A stretch of DNA of 64,000 nucleotides from Candidatus Xenobia bacterium (GCA_045863235.1 BTUM01000032.1:1-64000); one strand, 5' to 3'; counted from the first letter of the stretch, positions 13,801 through 23,465 are shown. Notes: generated from the letters alone by a model not told the origin. Numbers and translations: made by a program.

Positions 13801-13834
13801 CAGGGCCCGAGTTGGAGGGCGGGAAGCCGTCCAA
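10799..13834 (-). CDS. pilC: PilC/GspF family platform protein with ~650-aa low-complexity N-terminal extension
   Basis: C-terminal FTRQFSAMVSAGL, GETTG.L, AITYP, MIAVGEESA.L, LEPL. Confidence 0.85.
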   Translation of the reverse strand: MDGFPPSNSGPEGPSQEADPLALARRLIDMARAEELEDVELGPLPVLPAPGAELSPLELAMQLLYAAREEEDTSRSPEDNPLDLAMRLIDSVRQDEGGQGEDRLAVASQLVGVEERDRELAARRSAESQASEPEIPILPLLTPRQPEMPASGTDAASPALQSQPDAANVPEISSTAPVTPDVPTLSLVDPGTAPEVAAAPLLEAETVPELPLEAAATPPGVPTLPLMEATTTQLEVPVLPTVETATMPELPLLVEAATEPELPALPYVEAAAVPELPALPLVDTAAPEQPAVPQAEQGPAVPAAEVQPKRLADMPALPIESARSGAPDPADLARQLLQAGEKTDPAHLARQLLDEAAREEQSDPFALARRLLKDALREEKPAVSSLMGAPVEEGAPPPRFDPAGLGVPGEELLGAPEPAPFGTMETPTWQAPAQASALAPASEPPIQPPWAAQQPSPSEPPLLRATQRPAPSEPSIQPPLSEPPIQPPWALQPVPSEPPILPPWAVEQPVPSEPSRDQPESAPRLALERAVSESSQAATAVPAEPDSKPLRLERREMPMSRTMRMEVPTTGPNRREEASRLALERAPKPKVESTRDGENDPVRARPETSIPTIPVVPQTYKPVAAAAAPLGAPRRTAALAPRRPDGFGTDLKKRLRRLVDRSARVEPEDVVIFTRQFSAMVSAGLQLHQALHFYAESHTESGLGEVISEVAGKVSQGSTLSAAMRQHPTVFPEVYTGLIAAGETTGMLVAILSKLAELCERNQKLRQKVLAAITYPAVVMVVSLICIAVFIWVVLPMFVPMFNQLGVQLPWPTRMLLWLSDAGRNPVLLTTLGLFIPLLWLSWPFWRHFFGNPRRKRAIDRALLGLPYFGLLIERIITARLLFSMASLLDAGIPFTNCLEKCEHVAGNAEIAHRLKMARGLLIEGDSAADCLAAHHVFPRGAIQMIAVGEESAQLSEMIRRVATVYEEDVQMALMDLASMLEPLILLVMGVVVGFIVLASALPTAQLLQSL

Positions 13835-13995
13835 GCGCTACTCTCCATTCTGTACAATTGAGCCAGGAGCCCGGCCGCAATTCCCTCTTGGACGCGGAGG
13901 GGACCTCCACGTCCACAGGATATTCAATCATTTCCTTTGCGGCCGCGCCTCTAGAGGGCATTTTCCACCCTCTTCTTCAGTTTAGCACGTTCCTC

Positions 13996-15552
13996 TCAGG
14001 AACCCTGCCTCAAAAACCTCTCGATGGAGCGGCAGGCTCGGAAGGTTAACGCTGCCAGAGTCAGGGTGGGCGGGCAGGCTCCGCTGGTGGGAAAAACGGC
14101 CGTGCTCACGATCCATAAATTGGAATGCTCGTGGCAGCGAAGCTGGGAATCCACCACCGAACGGCCCGGTTCGCTGCCCATGCGGCAGGTGCCGAGGATG
14201 TGGGCCGGATCGGTGCTCTCCTCGACGTGGTGGACCATGGTGGCCCCCCAGCGATCAAGCAGCCTGGCGTGCACCAGCACCGCCTCATCCATCCCTTCTC
14301 GGGTGTAGGCCCCCACGCGGTAATGAATGCGCGGCCTGGGAACTCCATGGACGTCGACCAGTTCTCCCAGCGTCACCCGGTTGTCCGGGTCGGGCAACTG
14401 CTCGCAGTTGGAGACCAGCAGCACCTGACGACTGGCGTGGTCGCGCAGGGCCTGCTGCAGGGCTTTGCCTCGCAATCCCTCCTCCAACAATCGCTCGGCC
14501 CTTCGGGTGGGTGGCTCGGGCCAGCCATCGTTGCCGATGGAGGTCAGAAAGCCCGCTCGATGGGAGCGAAAGGGGCCGTCTCGGAAAGCGGTGATGCCGG
14601 AAACCACCTGGGGCGAGCGGAAGGGGTAGACCGGCTCGGGCGCCAGAGCCCAGCTGATCTGCCCCAGGCTGCCCATCAGGTTGCGCCCAACCTGCCCCGA
14701 GCCCCGGGCCAACCCCGAGGTCAAAAGCAGACGGGGCGTCTCGATGGCGTGGGCGGCCAGGACGAAGACTCGGGCCTGCACTTGAACGCCGGGAGCCGTC
14801 CGGGCCCTGTGAACGCGGCCCTCGGCATCGCTCTCCAGGGCTACCACCTGGTGGTGGGTCAGAACCCTTGCGCCGGCCCGCTCAGCCAGCTCCAGGTGTA
14901 CGGTGGCATCATACTTGGCACCGTTGGGGCAGATAGGCACGCAGGTGGCGCTGGCGCAACACTCGGGCCTTCCTTCATAGGGCTGGCTGTTGCGTGCCGC
15001 CGGCAGCACCTCGATGGGGTAACGCTCCACCTGCGCGAGCTTGCGCTCGAGATAGGTGGCCGGCAGACCAGGCAAGGGATAGGGACTCGAGCGGGGCGAG
15101 CCGCAGTCGCCCTGGCCGGCCACCCCCAGAGCCCGCTCGGCACGGCAGTAATCTTCCTCCAGCTCTGCATAGCCAAAGGGCCAGTCCACCCCAACCCCGT
15201 AACGCGAGCGCAGCTCGAAGTCGGCCGGCAGCAGGCGCATGGCCGTGCCAAGCCAGTGCCAGGTGGTCCCGCCGAGCAGTCGCAGGTAGGTGCCTGTGAA
15301 GAGGTCCGGGCCTGCCTGCAGGTAGTGACGATTGAACTGGCCCACCACGGCGACCGGCTCGACGGGATAAGGAGCGTCCAGACCCCCGTGGGGCGCTCGG
15401 CGAAACCGTTCCACCGCCTGGCGTCGATTGATGGGAGGCCCACCCTCGAGCACCAGCACTCTCAGGCCATGGGCCGCCAGTTGCCAGGCGACCAGCGCTC
15501 CGGCAACCCCCGATCCCACCACGGCAACGTCAGCCTCAAGCACCGGGAGCAT
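13996..15552 (-). CDS. GMC flavoprotein, large subunit of a sugar/sugar-alcohol dehydrogenase type
   Basis: GSGVAG Rossmann motif, GGTTWHW, Cys cluster CCASATCVPICP, HILGTCRMG, PTLT. Confidence 0.85.
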   Translation of the reverse strand: MLPVLEADVAVVGSGVAGALVAWQLAAHGLRVLVLEGGPPINRRQAVERFRRAPHGGLDAPYPVEPVAVVGQFNRHYLQAGPDLFTGTYLRLLGGTTWHWLGTAMRLLPADFELRSRYGVGVDWPFGYAELEEDYCRAERALGVAGQGDCGSPRSSPYPLPGLPATYLERKLAQVERYPIEVLPAARNSQPYEGRPECCASATCVPICPNGAKYDATVHLELAERAGARVLTHHQVVALESDAEGRVHRARTAPGVQVQARVFVLAAHAIETPRLLLTSGLARGSGQVGRNLMGSLGQISWALAPEPVYPFRSPQVVSGITAFRDGPFRSHRAGFLTSIGNDGWPEPPTRRAERLLEEGLRGKALQQALRDHASRQVLLVSNCEQLPDPDNRVTLGELVDVHGVPRPRIHYRVGAYTREGMDEAVLVHARLLDRWGATMVHHVEESTDPAHILGTCRMGSEPGRSVVDSQLRCHEHSNLWIVSTAVFPTSGACPPTLTLAALTFRACRSIERFLRQGS

Positions 15553-15829
15553 CTTCCCAGCGGGGACGCCTGGGCGGGCAGAAGGTGGGCTCGACGCTCC
15601 ACTCCAGGACCTTCCAGGTGATGTGAGGGTACCAGGCCCGGTAGAGGCTGAGCTCGTCGCTCACTCCGCTACGCCAGATGGACTCGGCCACCGGCCAATC
15701 GAGCCAGGACTCAGGCACCTCCAGCACTCGGGCCGAGTGTCGTCGAAAGGCAGCCAGACCGCTCTGGGCCAGCAGGGGAGGGGAGAGGGCCAGGCCCAAC
15801 AGTCCGCTCAGGAAATCCCGTCGTCGCAC
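15536..15829 (-). CDS. Tat-signal small subunit (sorbitol/glucose dehydrogenase gamma-subunit-like)
   Basis: GTG 15829 gives MRRRDFL twin-Arg motif; C-terminal PTFCPP..P.W..AP; overlaps the GMC start. Confidence 0.65.
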   Translation of the reverse strand: MRRRDFLSGLLGLALSPPLLAQSGLAAFRRHSARVLEVPESWLDWPVAESIWRSGVSDELSLYRAWYPHITWKVLEWSVEPTFCPPRRPRWEDAPGA

Positions 15830-15941
15830 GGCAGCCAGCTTCGAGTCGGGAGAGGAGTTTCCCGGCCGCTCACAAAGATGCGCCCCGCCGCCTGAGGAAG
15901 TGTCCCTGGTTGAGCATTCAGCAGTCCGCGAGGGAGTTAAG

Positions 15942-17009
15942 ATGTATCGCATCGCCGTGATTCCGGGGGATGGAATCGGACCCGAAGTCGTCGAGCAGGG
16001 TTTGAGGGTGCTCGAGAGCGCCTCGCGTCAGTTTGGATTCGAAGTCAGCCTGCACCGCTATCCCTTCGGGGCCGACCACTACCTGGCCACGGGCGAGCTG
16101 TTGCCTGACCAGAACCTGCAGGAGGTCCGCAACCTGGATGCGGTCTACCTGGGAGCCATCGGCGATCCGCGGGTGGAGCGGGGCGTGCTCGAGCGCGGCA
16201 TCATCGGTCGTCTGCGCTGGGATCTGGACATGTACGTCAATTTGCGCCCGATCCGTCTCTATTCCGAGCTGGTCTGCCCGCTCAAGGGCAAGCAGCCGCG
16301 GGACGTGGACATGGTGGTCGTGCGCGAGAACACCGAAGACGCCTATCTCGGGATGGGGGGCTTCTTCAAAAAGGGCACCCCTGACGAGGTGGCCACTTGC
16401 GAGTGCATCTACACGCGGCGCGGCACCGAGCGGGTGATCCGCTATGCCTTCGAGCTGGCTCGCACTCGCCCGCGCAAGCACCTGACTCTGGTGGACAAGG
16501 CCAACGCCGTGGTGGCACACGACCTGTGGCGCCGTACCTTCGAAGAGGTGGCCCGCGATTTCCCGGACGTGACCACGGCCACTGCTTACGTGGATGCTTG
16601 CGCCATGTGGATGATCAAGAATCCCGAGTGGCTGGACGTGGTGGTGACCACCAACATGTTCGGAGACATTCTCACCGATCTGGGTGCGATGATCCAGGGC
16701 GGGCTGGGCCTGGCCGCCTCGGCCAACCTCCACCCCGGCCAGGTGAGCCTGTTCGAGCCCATCCACGGCTCAGCCCCGCGCTACGCGGGACAGGGCAAGG
16801 CCAATCCCCTGGCGGCCATCCTGGCCGTGTCCATGATGCTCGACTACCTGGGCGAGAAGAAGGCCGCTCAGAGCATCGAGGGGGCCGTGGAGAAACTCTT
16901 CGCCGAGGGAATTCTGACCGATCTTTCCACCTCCAGCGGCCGTTCCACGGGAGAATACGGTGAGCTGGTGCTGGGCAAAATGAACGAGACTGCTTCGGTG
17001 GGAGGTTAG
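15942..17009 (+). CDS. leuB: 3-isopropylmalate/tartrate-family beta-decarboxylating dehydrogenase
   Basis: [38 protein letters not shown] 15942 after AGGGAG. Substrate not certain. Confidence 0.8.
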   Translation: MYRIAVIPGDGIGPEVVEQGLRVLESASRQFGFEVSLHRYPFGADHYLATGELLPDQNLQEVRNLDAVYLGAIGDPRVERGVLERGIIGRLRWDLDMYVNLRPIRLYSELVCPLKGKQPRDVDMVVVRENTEDAYLGMGGFFKKGTPDEVATCECIYTRRGTERVIRYAFELARTRPRKHLTLVDKANAVVAHDLWRRTFEEVARDFPDVTTATAYVDACAMWMIKNPEWLDVVVTTNMFGDILTDLGAMIQGGLGLAASANLHPGQVSLFEPIHGSAPRYAGQGKANPLAAILAVSMMLDYLGEKKAAQSIEGAVEKLFAEGILTDLSTSSGRSTGEYGELVLGKMNETASVGG

Positions 17010-17039
17010 GTCCTCCAGATTTTAAGGGAGCAAGGATAG

Positions 17040-17951
17040 ATGGCAACAGCAACCGCAAATCAAGTCAAGACGCTCGCCGTGGTGGGCAGCGGCACGATGG
17101 GATCGGGAATCGCACAGATCGCCGCCTCGGCTGGCTTCAAGGTGATCATGAACGACGTCGAGACCAGCTTTCTCGAGCGCGCCGTGAAGACGATCCAGGG
17201 CAGCCTGGAGAAGTTCGTGCAGAAGGGGAAGCTGAGTGAGGAGGATCTGAAGGCCACACTTGACCGCCTCACCCACAGCGTCGAGCTCGATCAGGTGGCT
17301 CAGGCCGATCTGGTGATCGAGGCCGTGACGGAGAGGATCGAGGTCAAGAACGAGCTTTTCGCTCGCCTGGACGCCCTCTGTCCCGCTCACACCTTGCTGG
17401 CCACGAACACCTCCTCGCTTTCGGTCACCGAGATGGCTCGGGCCACCAATCGGCCCGACCGGGTAGTGGGGATGCACTTTTTCAATCCCCCGGCCCTGAT
17501 GAAGCTGGTCGAGGTGGTGCGCACTCCGCTGACCTCCGAGGAGTCCTTCAAGACGGCCTGGGAGGTCGCTTTGAAGTTGGGCAAGTCGCCCGTCGAAGCG
17601 CGCGACACCCCGGGCTTCCTCTTCAATCGCCTCATCATTCCCTACCTGAACGAGGCCATGTGGGCTCTGTATGAGGGAGTGGGGAGCGTGGAAGACCTGG
17701 ACGCGGCCATGAAGCTGGGCGGCAACATGCCCATCGGTCCCCTGTCACTGCTCGACCTGATCGGGATCGACGTGCAACTGCACGCCTGCGAGGGGCTGCT
17801 GGCCGAGCTGGGCAATCCCAAATTCGAGCCGTGCCCTTTGAATCGGGCCATGGTGAGGGCCGGTTACCTGGGACGCAAAGCCGGCAGAGGCTTTTATGAC
17901 TACTCCAGCGACCCGCCCCGTGGGATCGACCTGTCGGTTTTCCGCCGTTGA
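17040..17951 (+). CDS. hbd: 3-hydroxybutyryl/3-hydroxyacyl-CoA dehydrogenase
   Basis: GSGTMGSGIA, ATNTSSL, GMHFFNP, LGRKAGRGFY. Confidence 0.9.
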   Translation: MATATANQVKTLAVVGSGTMGSGIAQIAASAGFKVIMNDVETSFLERAVKTIQGSLEKFVQKGKLSEEDLKATLDRLTHSVELDQVAQADLVIEAVTERIEVKNELFARLDALCPAHTLLATNTSSLSVTEMARATNRPDRVVGMHFFNPPALMKLVEVVRTPLTSEESFKTAWEVALKLGKSPVEARDTPGFLFNRLIIPYLNEAMWALYEGVGSVEDLDAAMKLGGNMPIGPLSLLDLIGIDVQLHACEGLLAELGNPKFEPCPLNRAMVRAGYLGRKAGRGFYDYSSDPPRGIDLSVFRR

Positions 17952-17986
17952 GCCCAGTTCTATAGCGAAGGAGACGATTACAAGCG

Positions 17987-18784
17987 ATGCGTGGCGTGGA
18001 TATGAAGTACAAGACCCTGATCCTGTGTTACCAGGATCACCTGGCGGTCATGAGTGTCAACCGACCCGACAAGCTCAATGCTCTCAACAACCAGGTGCTC
18101 GATGAGATGGAGCAGGCTCTGGATGAGATCGAAGCCAATCCCCAGTGGCGCGTCTTGCTCATTTCGGGCGGCGGCGACAAGGCCTTCGTGGCCGGCGCCG
18201 ACATCGGCGAGCTGAAGGATCTCAACTCGCGCTCGGGCAAAAAGGCGGCCGAGAAAGGCCAGAAGCTTTTCCGTCGTCTGGAGAAGTCGCATCTGTTCAC
18301 GATTGCGGCCATCAACGGCTATGCGCTGGGCGGCGGGCTGGAGCTGGCTCTCGCCTGCGACGTGCGGGTGGCCGCTGACCACGCCGTGCTGGGTTTGCCC
18401 GAGGTGACACTGGGCATCATTCCGGGTTATGGCGGAACCCAGCGCCTCCCCCGGCTGATCGGTCGCGGCCACGCGATGATGATGCTGGCCACTGGCACCA
18501 AGATCCAGGCTGCCCAGGCCGTCCAGATCGGGCTGATCAACCTGGCGGTTCCTCGTGACCAACTGCTCCAGGTTTGCCAGAGCATCGCCACCGAGGTCTC
18601 CAAGAACGGACCGCTGGCTGTGGCCGCAGCCAAGCGTGCCCTGGACCAGGGGCTCGACACCAGCCTGGATGAAGGGTTGGCCATCGAGGCCAAGGAGTTT
18701 GGAAAACTATGCTCCAGCGCCGATCGAACCGAGGGCATGACGGCTTTTCTAGAAAAGCGTCCCCCCGCATTCACTGGACGCTGA
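17987..18784 (+). CDS. crt: Enoyl-CoA hydratase (crotonase)
   Basis: AFVAGADI, GYALGGGLELA, PEVTLGIIPGYGGTQRL. Confidence 0.9.
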   Translation: MRGVDMKYKTLILCYQDHLAVMSVNRPDKLNALNNQVLDEMEQALDEIEANPQWRVLLISGGGDKAFVAGADIGELKDLNSRSGKKAAEKGQKLFRRLEKSHLFTIAAINGYALGGGLELALACDVRVAADHAVLGLPEVTLGIIPGYGGTQRLPRLIGRGHAMMMLATGTKIQAAQAVQIGLINLAVPRDQLLQVCQSIATEVSKNGPLAVAAAKRALDQGLDTSLDEGLAIEAKEFGKLCSSADRTEGMTAFLEKRPPAFTGR

Positions 18785-18800
18785 AAAGGAGAAGGACAAA

Positions 18801-19988
18801 ATGGCTCTGTTGGACATCGTGATCGCCGGGGGAGCCCGGACCGCATTCGGCAAGTTTGGAGGCTCCTTCCGCGATCTGTCGGCCGCCGATCTGGCCCTGG
18901 CAGCCAGTCTCGAGGCGCTCAAGCGCAGCCAGGTGCGCGCCGAGGACATCGATCACGTCGTCTTTGGGAACGTGATTCAGTCCAGCGGCGACGCTGCGTA
19001 CCTGGCCCGCCACGTGGGCCTGCGCGCGGGGGTGCCGATTCCGGTGCCAGCGATGGTGGTCAACCGCCTGTGCGCTTCCGGCTTCCAGGCCATCGTGACC
19101 GGTGCCCAGGAGATCCTGTGCGGCGACGCCGAGGAGGTGCTCGTCGGTGGGGTGGAGTCCATGAGCCAGGCGCCCCACGTCGTGCGGGGCGCCCGCTGGG
19201 GAATCCCCCTGGGCCAGAGCAGCATGGGAGATGCTCTCTGGGACGCCCTGACCGATACCTATTGCGGCTGCAGCATGTCCAACACGGCCGAGAACCTGGC
19301 TTCGCAGTACGGGATCACCCGTGAGGAGACGGATGAGTTCGCTCTACGCAGCCAGAAACTGGCCGCCGAGGCGCAGAGCTCAGGGCGGCTGCAAGAAGAG
19401 ATCGTGGGGGTGGAGGTGCGCGGCAAGAAAGGCAGCGTGACCGTCGACAAGGATGAGGGGATTCGTGGTGACAGCACCCTGGAAGGTCTTGCCAGGCTCA
19501 AGCCGGCCTTTCGGGCCGACGGCGTGGTCACTGCCGGAAACGCTTCGGGTATCAATGACGGTGCCGCCGCCCTGGTCTTGACCAGTGCCGAGTCAGCGAA
19601 GAAGCGTGAGATCAAGCCGCTGGGACGATTGCTGGGCTGGTCGGTCAAGGGCGTGATTCCCGATCTGATGGGAATCGGGCCAGCGCCCGCCGTACGCGAT
19701 CTCTTGCAGAAGACGGGCAAGTCGCTGCACGAAATCGATCTGATCGAGGTGAACGAGGCTTTTGCCTGCCAGTATCTGGCCGTTGAGCGCGAGCTCGGGC
19801 TGCCCCGCGAAAAGGTCAACGTGAATGGCGGAGCGGTGGCCATCGGCCATCCGTTGGGGGCGTCCGGGGCCCGTCTCACCCTGACGCTTCTGTACGAGCT
19901 ACGCCGCCGGGGAGGCAAGCTGGGCATCGCCACCGCCTGCGTGGGCGGTGGGCAGGGGATGGCCCTGCTGGTCGAGTCGATCCAGTAG
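18801..19988 (+). CDS. Acetyl-CoA C-acyltransferase (thiolase)
   Basis: NRLCASG, NEAFA, GHPLGASGAR, CVGGGQG. Confidence 0.95.
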   Translation: MALLDIVIAGGARTAFGKFGGSFRDLSAADLALAASLEALKRSQVRAEDIDHVVFGNVIQSSGDAAYLARHVGLRAGVPIPVPAMVVNRLCASGFQAIVTGAQEILCGDAEEVLVGGVESMSQAPHVVRGARWGIPLGQSSMGDALWDALTDTYCGCSMSNTAENLASQYGITREETDEFALRSQKLAAEAQSSGRLQEEIVGVEVRGKKGSVTVDKDEGIRGDSTLEGLARLKPAFRADGVVTAGNASGINDGAAALVLTSAESAKKREIKPLGRLLGWSVKGVIPDLMGIGPAPAVRDLLQKTGKSLHEIDLIEVNEAFACQYLAVERELGLPREKVNVNGGAVAIGHPLGASGARLTLTLLYELRRRGGKLGIATACVGGGQGMALLVESIQ

Positions 19989-19989
19989 C

Positions 19990-21186
19990 TTGCTGAGCGT
20001 CTCCCAGGCGCTGGAGCGCATCCTGTCTCAGGTGGTGCCGCTCGAGCCGCGCTCGCACCCTCTGAGCCAGTCCCTGGGTCTGGTGCTGGCCCAGGAGGTG
20101 GTCAGCCGGGAGGCCCATCCCCCGTTTGACAACTCGGCCGTGGATGGCTTCGCCGTGCGTTCTGCCGAGGTCGCCGCGGGAACCTGGCTCGAGCTCGTCG
20201 GCTCGATTCCGGCCGGCTCGGTGCCCGATTTCGAGCTCGGTCCAGGCCAGGCAGCTGCCATTATGACCGGGGCCATGCTGTGCCCAGGGGCCGACGCCTG
20301 CGCCATGGTCGAGGACTCCGAGCGGCAAGGCGGAAGCGTTCGCTTCACGCGGAGCGTGCGACCGGGGGAGAATGTGCGCCGGCGGGGCGAGCACCTCCAG
20401 CCCGGCCAGGTCGTCTTGAGGCCAGGTCACCGCTTGCGTCCGGCTGATCTGGGCCTGGCGGCCTCCCTGGGCTATCCTGAGCTGTTGGGCTTTCCCCGGG
20501 CTCGAGTGGCCATCGTGTCCACCGGGAGCGAGCTGGTACCCCCGGGTCAGCCCCTGGGACCGGGCCAGATCCGAGACAGCAACTCTTATGCCCTCGAGGC
20601 GCAGGTGCGAGCCTGCGGGGGAGAGCCGGTGCGCCTGGGTCCGGTGGCCGACGACCGGGACGCCCTCGAGCGCACCCTGCGTCAGGCTCTCGGGCAGGCG
20701 GATGTGCTGGTCACCTCGGCCGGGGTTTCGGTGGGGGAGCACGACCACGTTCGCGACCTGATCGCCCAGCTGGGCGGAGAGTTGAGCTTCTGGCGGATCA
20801 AGATGCGCCCGGGAAAGCCCCTGGCCTTCGGGCTGGCCGGCTCCACTCCCATGTTCGGCCTGCCCGGCAATCCGGTGTCTTCCATGGTGACCTTCGAGCT
20901 GTTCGTGCGGCCTGCCCTGGAGCTGATGATGGGGCGCTCTCCTCAGGAGGGCCGCAAACAGACTGCGCGCCTGGCTCACGAGGTCACCAAGAAGCCTGGT
21001 CTGACAACTTTCCTTCGTTGCCGGCTGGAATCGACCGGGGCCGCTTTCCTGGCCACGGCCACGGGCGATCAGGGCTCGCATATCTTGCGCTCGATGGTCG
21101 AGGCCGATGCTCTGGCGGTGTTACCCGAGGAGCTCGAGCGGCTGGAGGCCGGTCACGAGGTTGAGGTGCTCCCCCTTCATTCGTGA
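19990..21186 (+). CDS. moeA: Molybdopterin molybdenumtransferase
   Basis: PPFDNSAVDGFA, TGSEL, DSN, RPGKP, LPGNPVS; TTG start inferred. Confidence 0.9.
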   Translation: MLSVSQALERILSQVVPLEPRSHPLSQSLGLVLAQEVVSREAHPPFDNSAVDGFAVRSAEVAAGTWLELVGSIPAGSVPDFELGPGQAAAIMTGAMLCPGADACAMVEDSERQGGSVRFTRSVRPGENVRRRGEHLQPGQVVLRPGHRLRPADLGLAASLGYPELLGFPRARVAIVSTGSELVPPGQPLGPGQIRDSNSYALEAQVRACGGEPVRLGPVADDRDALERTLRQALGQADVLVTSAGVSVGEHDHVRDLIAQLGGELSFWRIKMRPGKPLAFGLAGSTPMFGLPGNPVSSMVTFELFVRPALELMMGRSPQEGRKQTARLAHEVTKKPGLTTFLRCRLESTGAAFLATATGDQGSHILRSMVEADALAVLPEELERLEAGHEVEVLPLHS

Positions 21187-21254
21187 GGCAGGGCCAGCAA
21201 AGTTGCTGTTCTCGGCCCGACCTCCGGGGAGGACGACTCGCTTGGAGTCAGGGA

Positions 21255-22019
21255 TCAGTCGTCCCTTTTCCACCGCTCGGCTTCCAGGCCAGTGCCTTCC
21301 GTGGTGTTGGTGCTCGCGCCGACGTGGGCGCCAAAGGTCTCCCGATAGAAGGTGCCAGTGATGTGAGCCTGGACCAGCATTCCGTAAGTGCACAGAACTC
21401 CCCCGAAGAAGAGGCCCAGGATGCCGATCAGGGGGAGGTTGCTGAGAATATTCAGCGGGATGGAGCACACCGTTCCGATGGCCATGTTGACCAGTACCAC
21501 GACCGCGTAAGGCTGGAGGTTGGACGTGATCTTCTCGAAGATGTTTCCGACCGCAAAGCCAGAGCCGAGCTCGTCAGTGGTGGCATAGTTGAGGATGGCC
21601 ATGGGCAAGATGAAATAGATCGCCAGTCCGACCAGGCCTGCAAGAATCGACCCCAGAATGAACCAGATGCCGACGCTGGAGGAGCCATCGGCGGCCCGTG
21701 TACCCAGGAGAGAGATGAGCGACCCGCCGATCGTAAACACGGTGATCAGGAACGGAATCGCGTAATAGCCGATGAAGATGATCAGGGCCATCAGACCGAA
21801 GCGGAAGTGATCGGCGATCAGCTCCCATTCGGGCAACTCGTCTTCCTCGCCCTTGATGACTTTGCGCAGGGCTGAGATGCCATAGCCGCCCAGGACAACA
21901 AATGGGATGGCCAGCAAGAGAATGCCGGGGAAGAAACACGCTCCCCCAAGTGCAAGCTTTTTCTTCGCGTCCGGGTCGTTGAGCGGATACCGGAACGAGG
22001 TTGCAAGGTCGAGGGCCAC
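21255..22019 (-). CDS. DUF4013-like membrane protein
   Basis: Several TM segments; FRYP, GY, LPEW motifs; GTG after GAGGAG. Confidence 0.7.
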   Translation of the reverse strand: MALDLATSFRYPLNDPDAKKKLALGGACFFPGILLLAIPFVVLGGYGISALRKVIKGEEDELPEWELIADHFRFGLMALIIFIGYYAIPFLITVFTIGGSLISLLGTRAADGSSSVGIWFILGSILAGLVGLAIYFILPMAILNYATTDELGSGFAVGNIFEKITSNLQPYAVVVLVNMAIGTVCSIPLNILSNLPLIGILGLFFGGVLCTYGMLVQAHITGTFYRETFGAHVGASTNTTEGTGLEAERWKRDD

Positions 22020-22353
22020 GTCCACTCCTCTCGGGAGCCAGAACACTCCCGTTCTTCAAGGGATAGGAACACCAGTTTACCGTTTTGTTAGGTTCGGGCT
22101 GGCAGGGGTCGATCCTGCTGCGAAGGGAAGCCCCCCGCCGGGTCGAAGCACTCCAGGACCGCATGCTGTGTAGCCCGGGGGGCTCACGGTTTCGGCTGAA
22201 AATGGTTCAAGAGGAGGTCCGCTATGCCCGGACCGTGGGAATGGGTCTTGATCTTTTTTATCGCGCTCTTGCTGCTAGGGCCGGGAATTTTCATGCGAGC
22301 CGGTGGCTCGCTCGGCTCTGGTGTGGGCGCCTTCAAGCGAGCCCTGAAAGAGG

Positions 22354-23142
22354 GTGAGCAGAAAGCATCAGGCCAGAGCCAGAACGAGCCGCCCGCCTCC
22401 TGACCCCCGGATGGAAGAGTCCCTGGTCGACGAGACCCCTCACGACCGGCCGATGAGCCTGGTCGATCACCTTTCGGAGCTGCGCTCGCGTATCTTCTGG
22501 TCGCTGCTGGCCTGGGTAGTGGCCTCCACGATCTGCTATTTCTACACTCCGACCCTTCTCTCGCTGGTGCGTCCCTTGCTCGGCCCCAAGGCAGAACTGA
22601 TTTTCACGGGCCCGACCGAGGCTTTCTTTGCTTACCTGAAGCTGGCGATGGTGGCTGGCCTCTTCATCGCCGCCCCCGTCATCCTGTATAACGTGGCCAT
22701 GTTCGTGCTGCCGGGACTGACCGTGCGCGAACGCCGTTGGCTGATCTCCATGCTGCCGATGTCGATCGTCTTGTTCGTGGTAGGCGGGGTCTTTGCATAC
22801 TACGTCGTGCTCCCCACCACGATGGGGTTCTTCATGTCCTATGCCACTCCGGATCTGAAGGCCCAGATTCGAATCGATGAGTTCATGGGGTTCGTGACCG
22901 GACTTTTGCTGATTTGCGGACTGATGTTCCAACTACCACTGGTCTTGTTGTTTCTGGCCAATCTGGGATTGGTCAGTTCGCGGGGCCTCTCGCGCCAGCG
23001 CCGACTGGCCGTCTTCATCGCGTTTCTGGTGGCCGCCCTGGCCACACCCACGCCCGACGCGATGACCTGCACGGTGGTCGCCCTGCCCATCTATCTGCTG
23101 TTCGAGTTCAGCCTCATCTTGATGAGGATCACCGGAAAGTGA
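22354..23142 (+). CDS. tatC: Twin-arginine translocase subunit C
   Basis: HLSELRSRI, PTEAF, PGL..RE, FQLP, TPTPD. Confidence 0.95.
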   Translation: MSRKHQARARTSRPPPDPRMEESLVDETPHDRPMSLVDHLSELRSRIFWSLLAWVVASTICYFYTPTLLSLVRPLLGPKAELIFTGPTEAFFAYLKLAMVAGLFIAAPVILYNVAMFVLPGLTVRERRWLISMLPMSIVLFVVGGVFAYYVVLPTTMGFFMSYATPDLKAQIRIDEFMGFVTGLLLICGLMFQLPLVLLFLANLGLVSSRGLSRQRRLAVFIAFLVAALATPTPDAMTCTVVALPIYLLFEFSLILMRITGK

Positions 23143-23237
23143 CCCGGTTGCGCACCTTCTGGGAGGGGCGTATACTGGGCGTGGAACAGAGACATCTCTC
23201 GTGCTCGCAGCACGAAGCATAGAAGGAGCCAAAACAC

Positions 23238-23465
23238 GTGGAGAACCTGGTTTTTGCCTGGGCCCTGGGCCCGATGGAGCTGGTACTGTTGCTGGTGGCT
23301 GCGCTGATCATCTTTGGCCCTCGTCGTCTGCCGGAGATCGGCAAGGCTGCCGGGGAAGCCATCCACGGCTTCAAGAACGCCAGCATGGCCCCCCCACCTC
23401 CCCCGGCTCAATCGGTCAACGGCCCGTCAGCGGGTCAACCGCCCGAGGAAGTCACCCGAGTATAG
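23238..23465 (+). CDS. tatA: Twin-arginine translocase subunit A/E
   Basis: LGPMEL...[39 protein letters not shown] -10 near 23171. Confidence 0.92.
   Translation: MENLVFAWALGPMELVLLLVAALIIFGPRRLPEIGKAAGEAIHGFKNASMAPPPPPAQSVNGPSAGQPPEEVTRV

Noticed and set aside
22085..22357. 90-aa ORF overlapping the tatC start
   Set aside because: No RBS or recognisable motif; atypical composition; more likely promoter region
23201..23213. GTGCTCGCAG partial match to the 21-bp motif (also near 52946)
   Set aside because: Only 9 bp match; expected by chance
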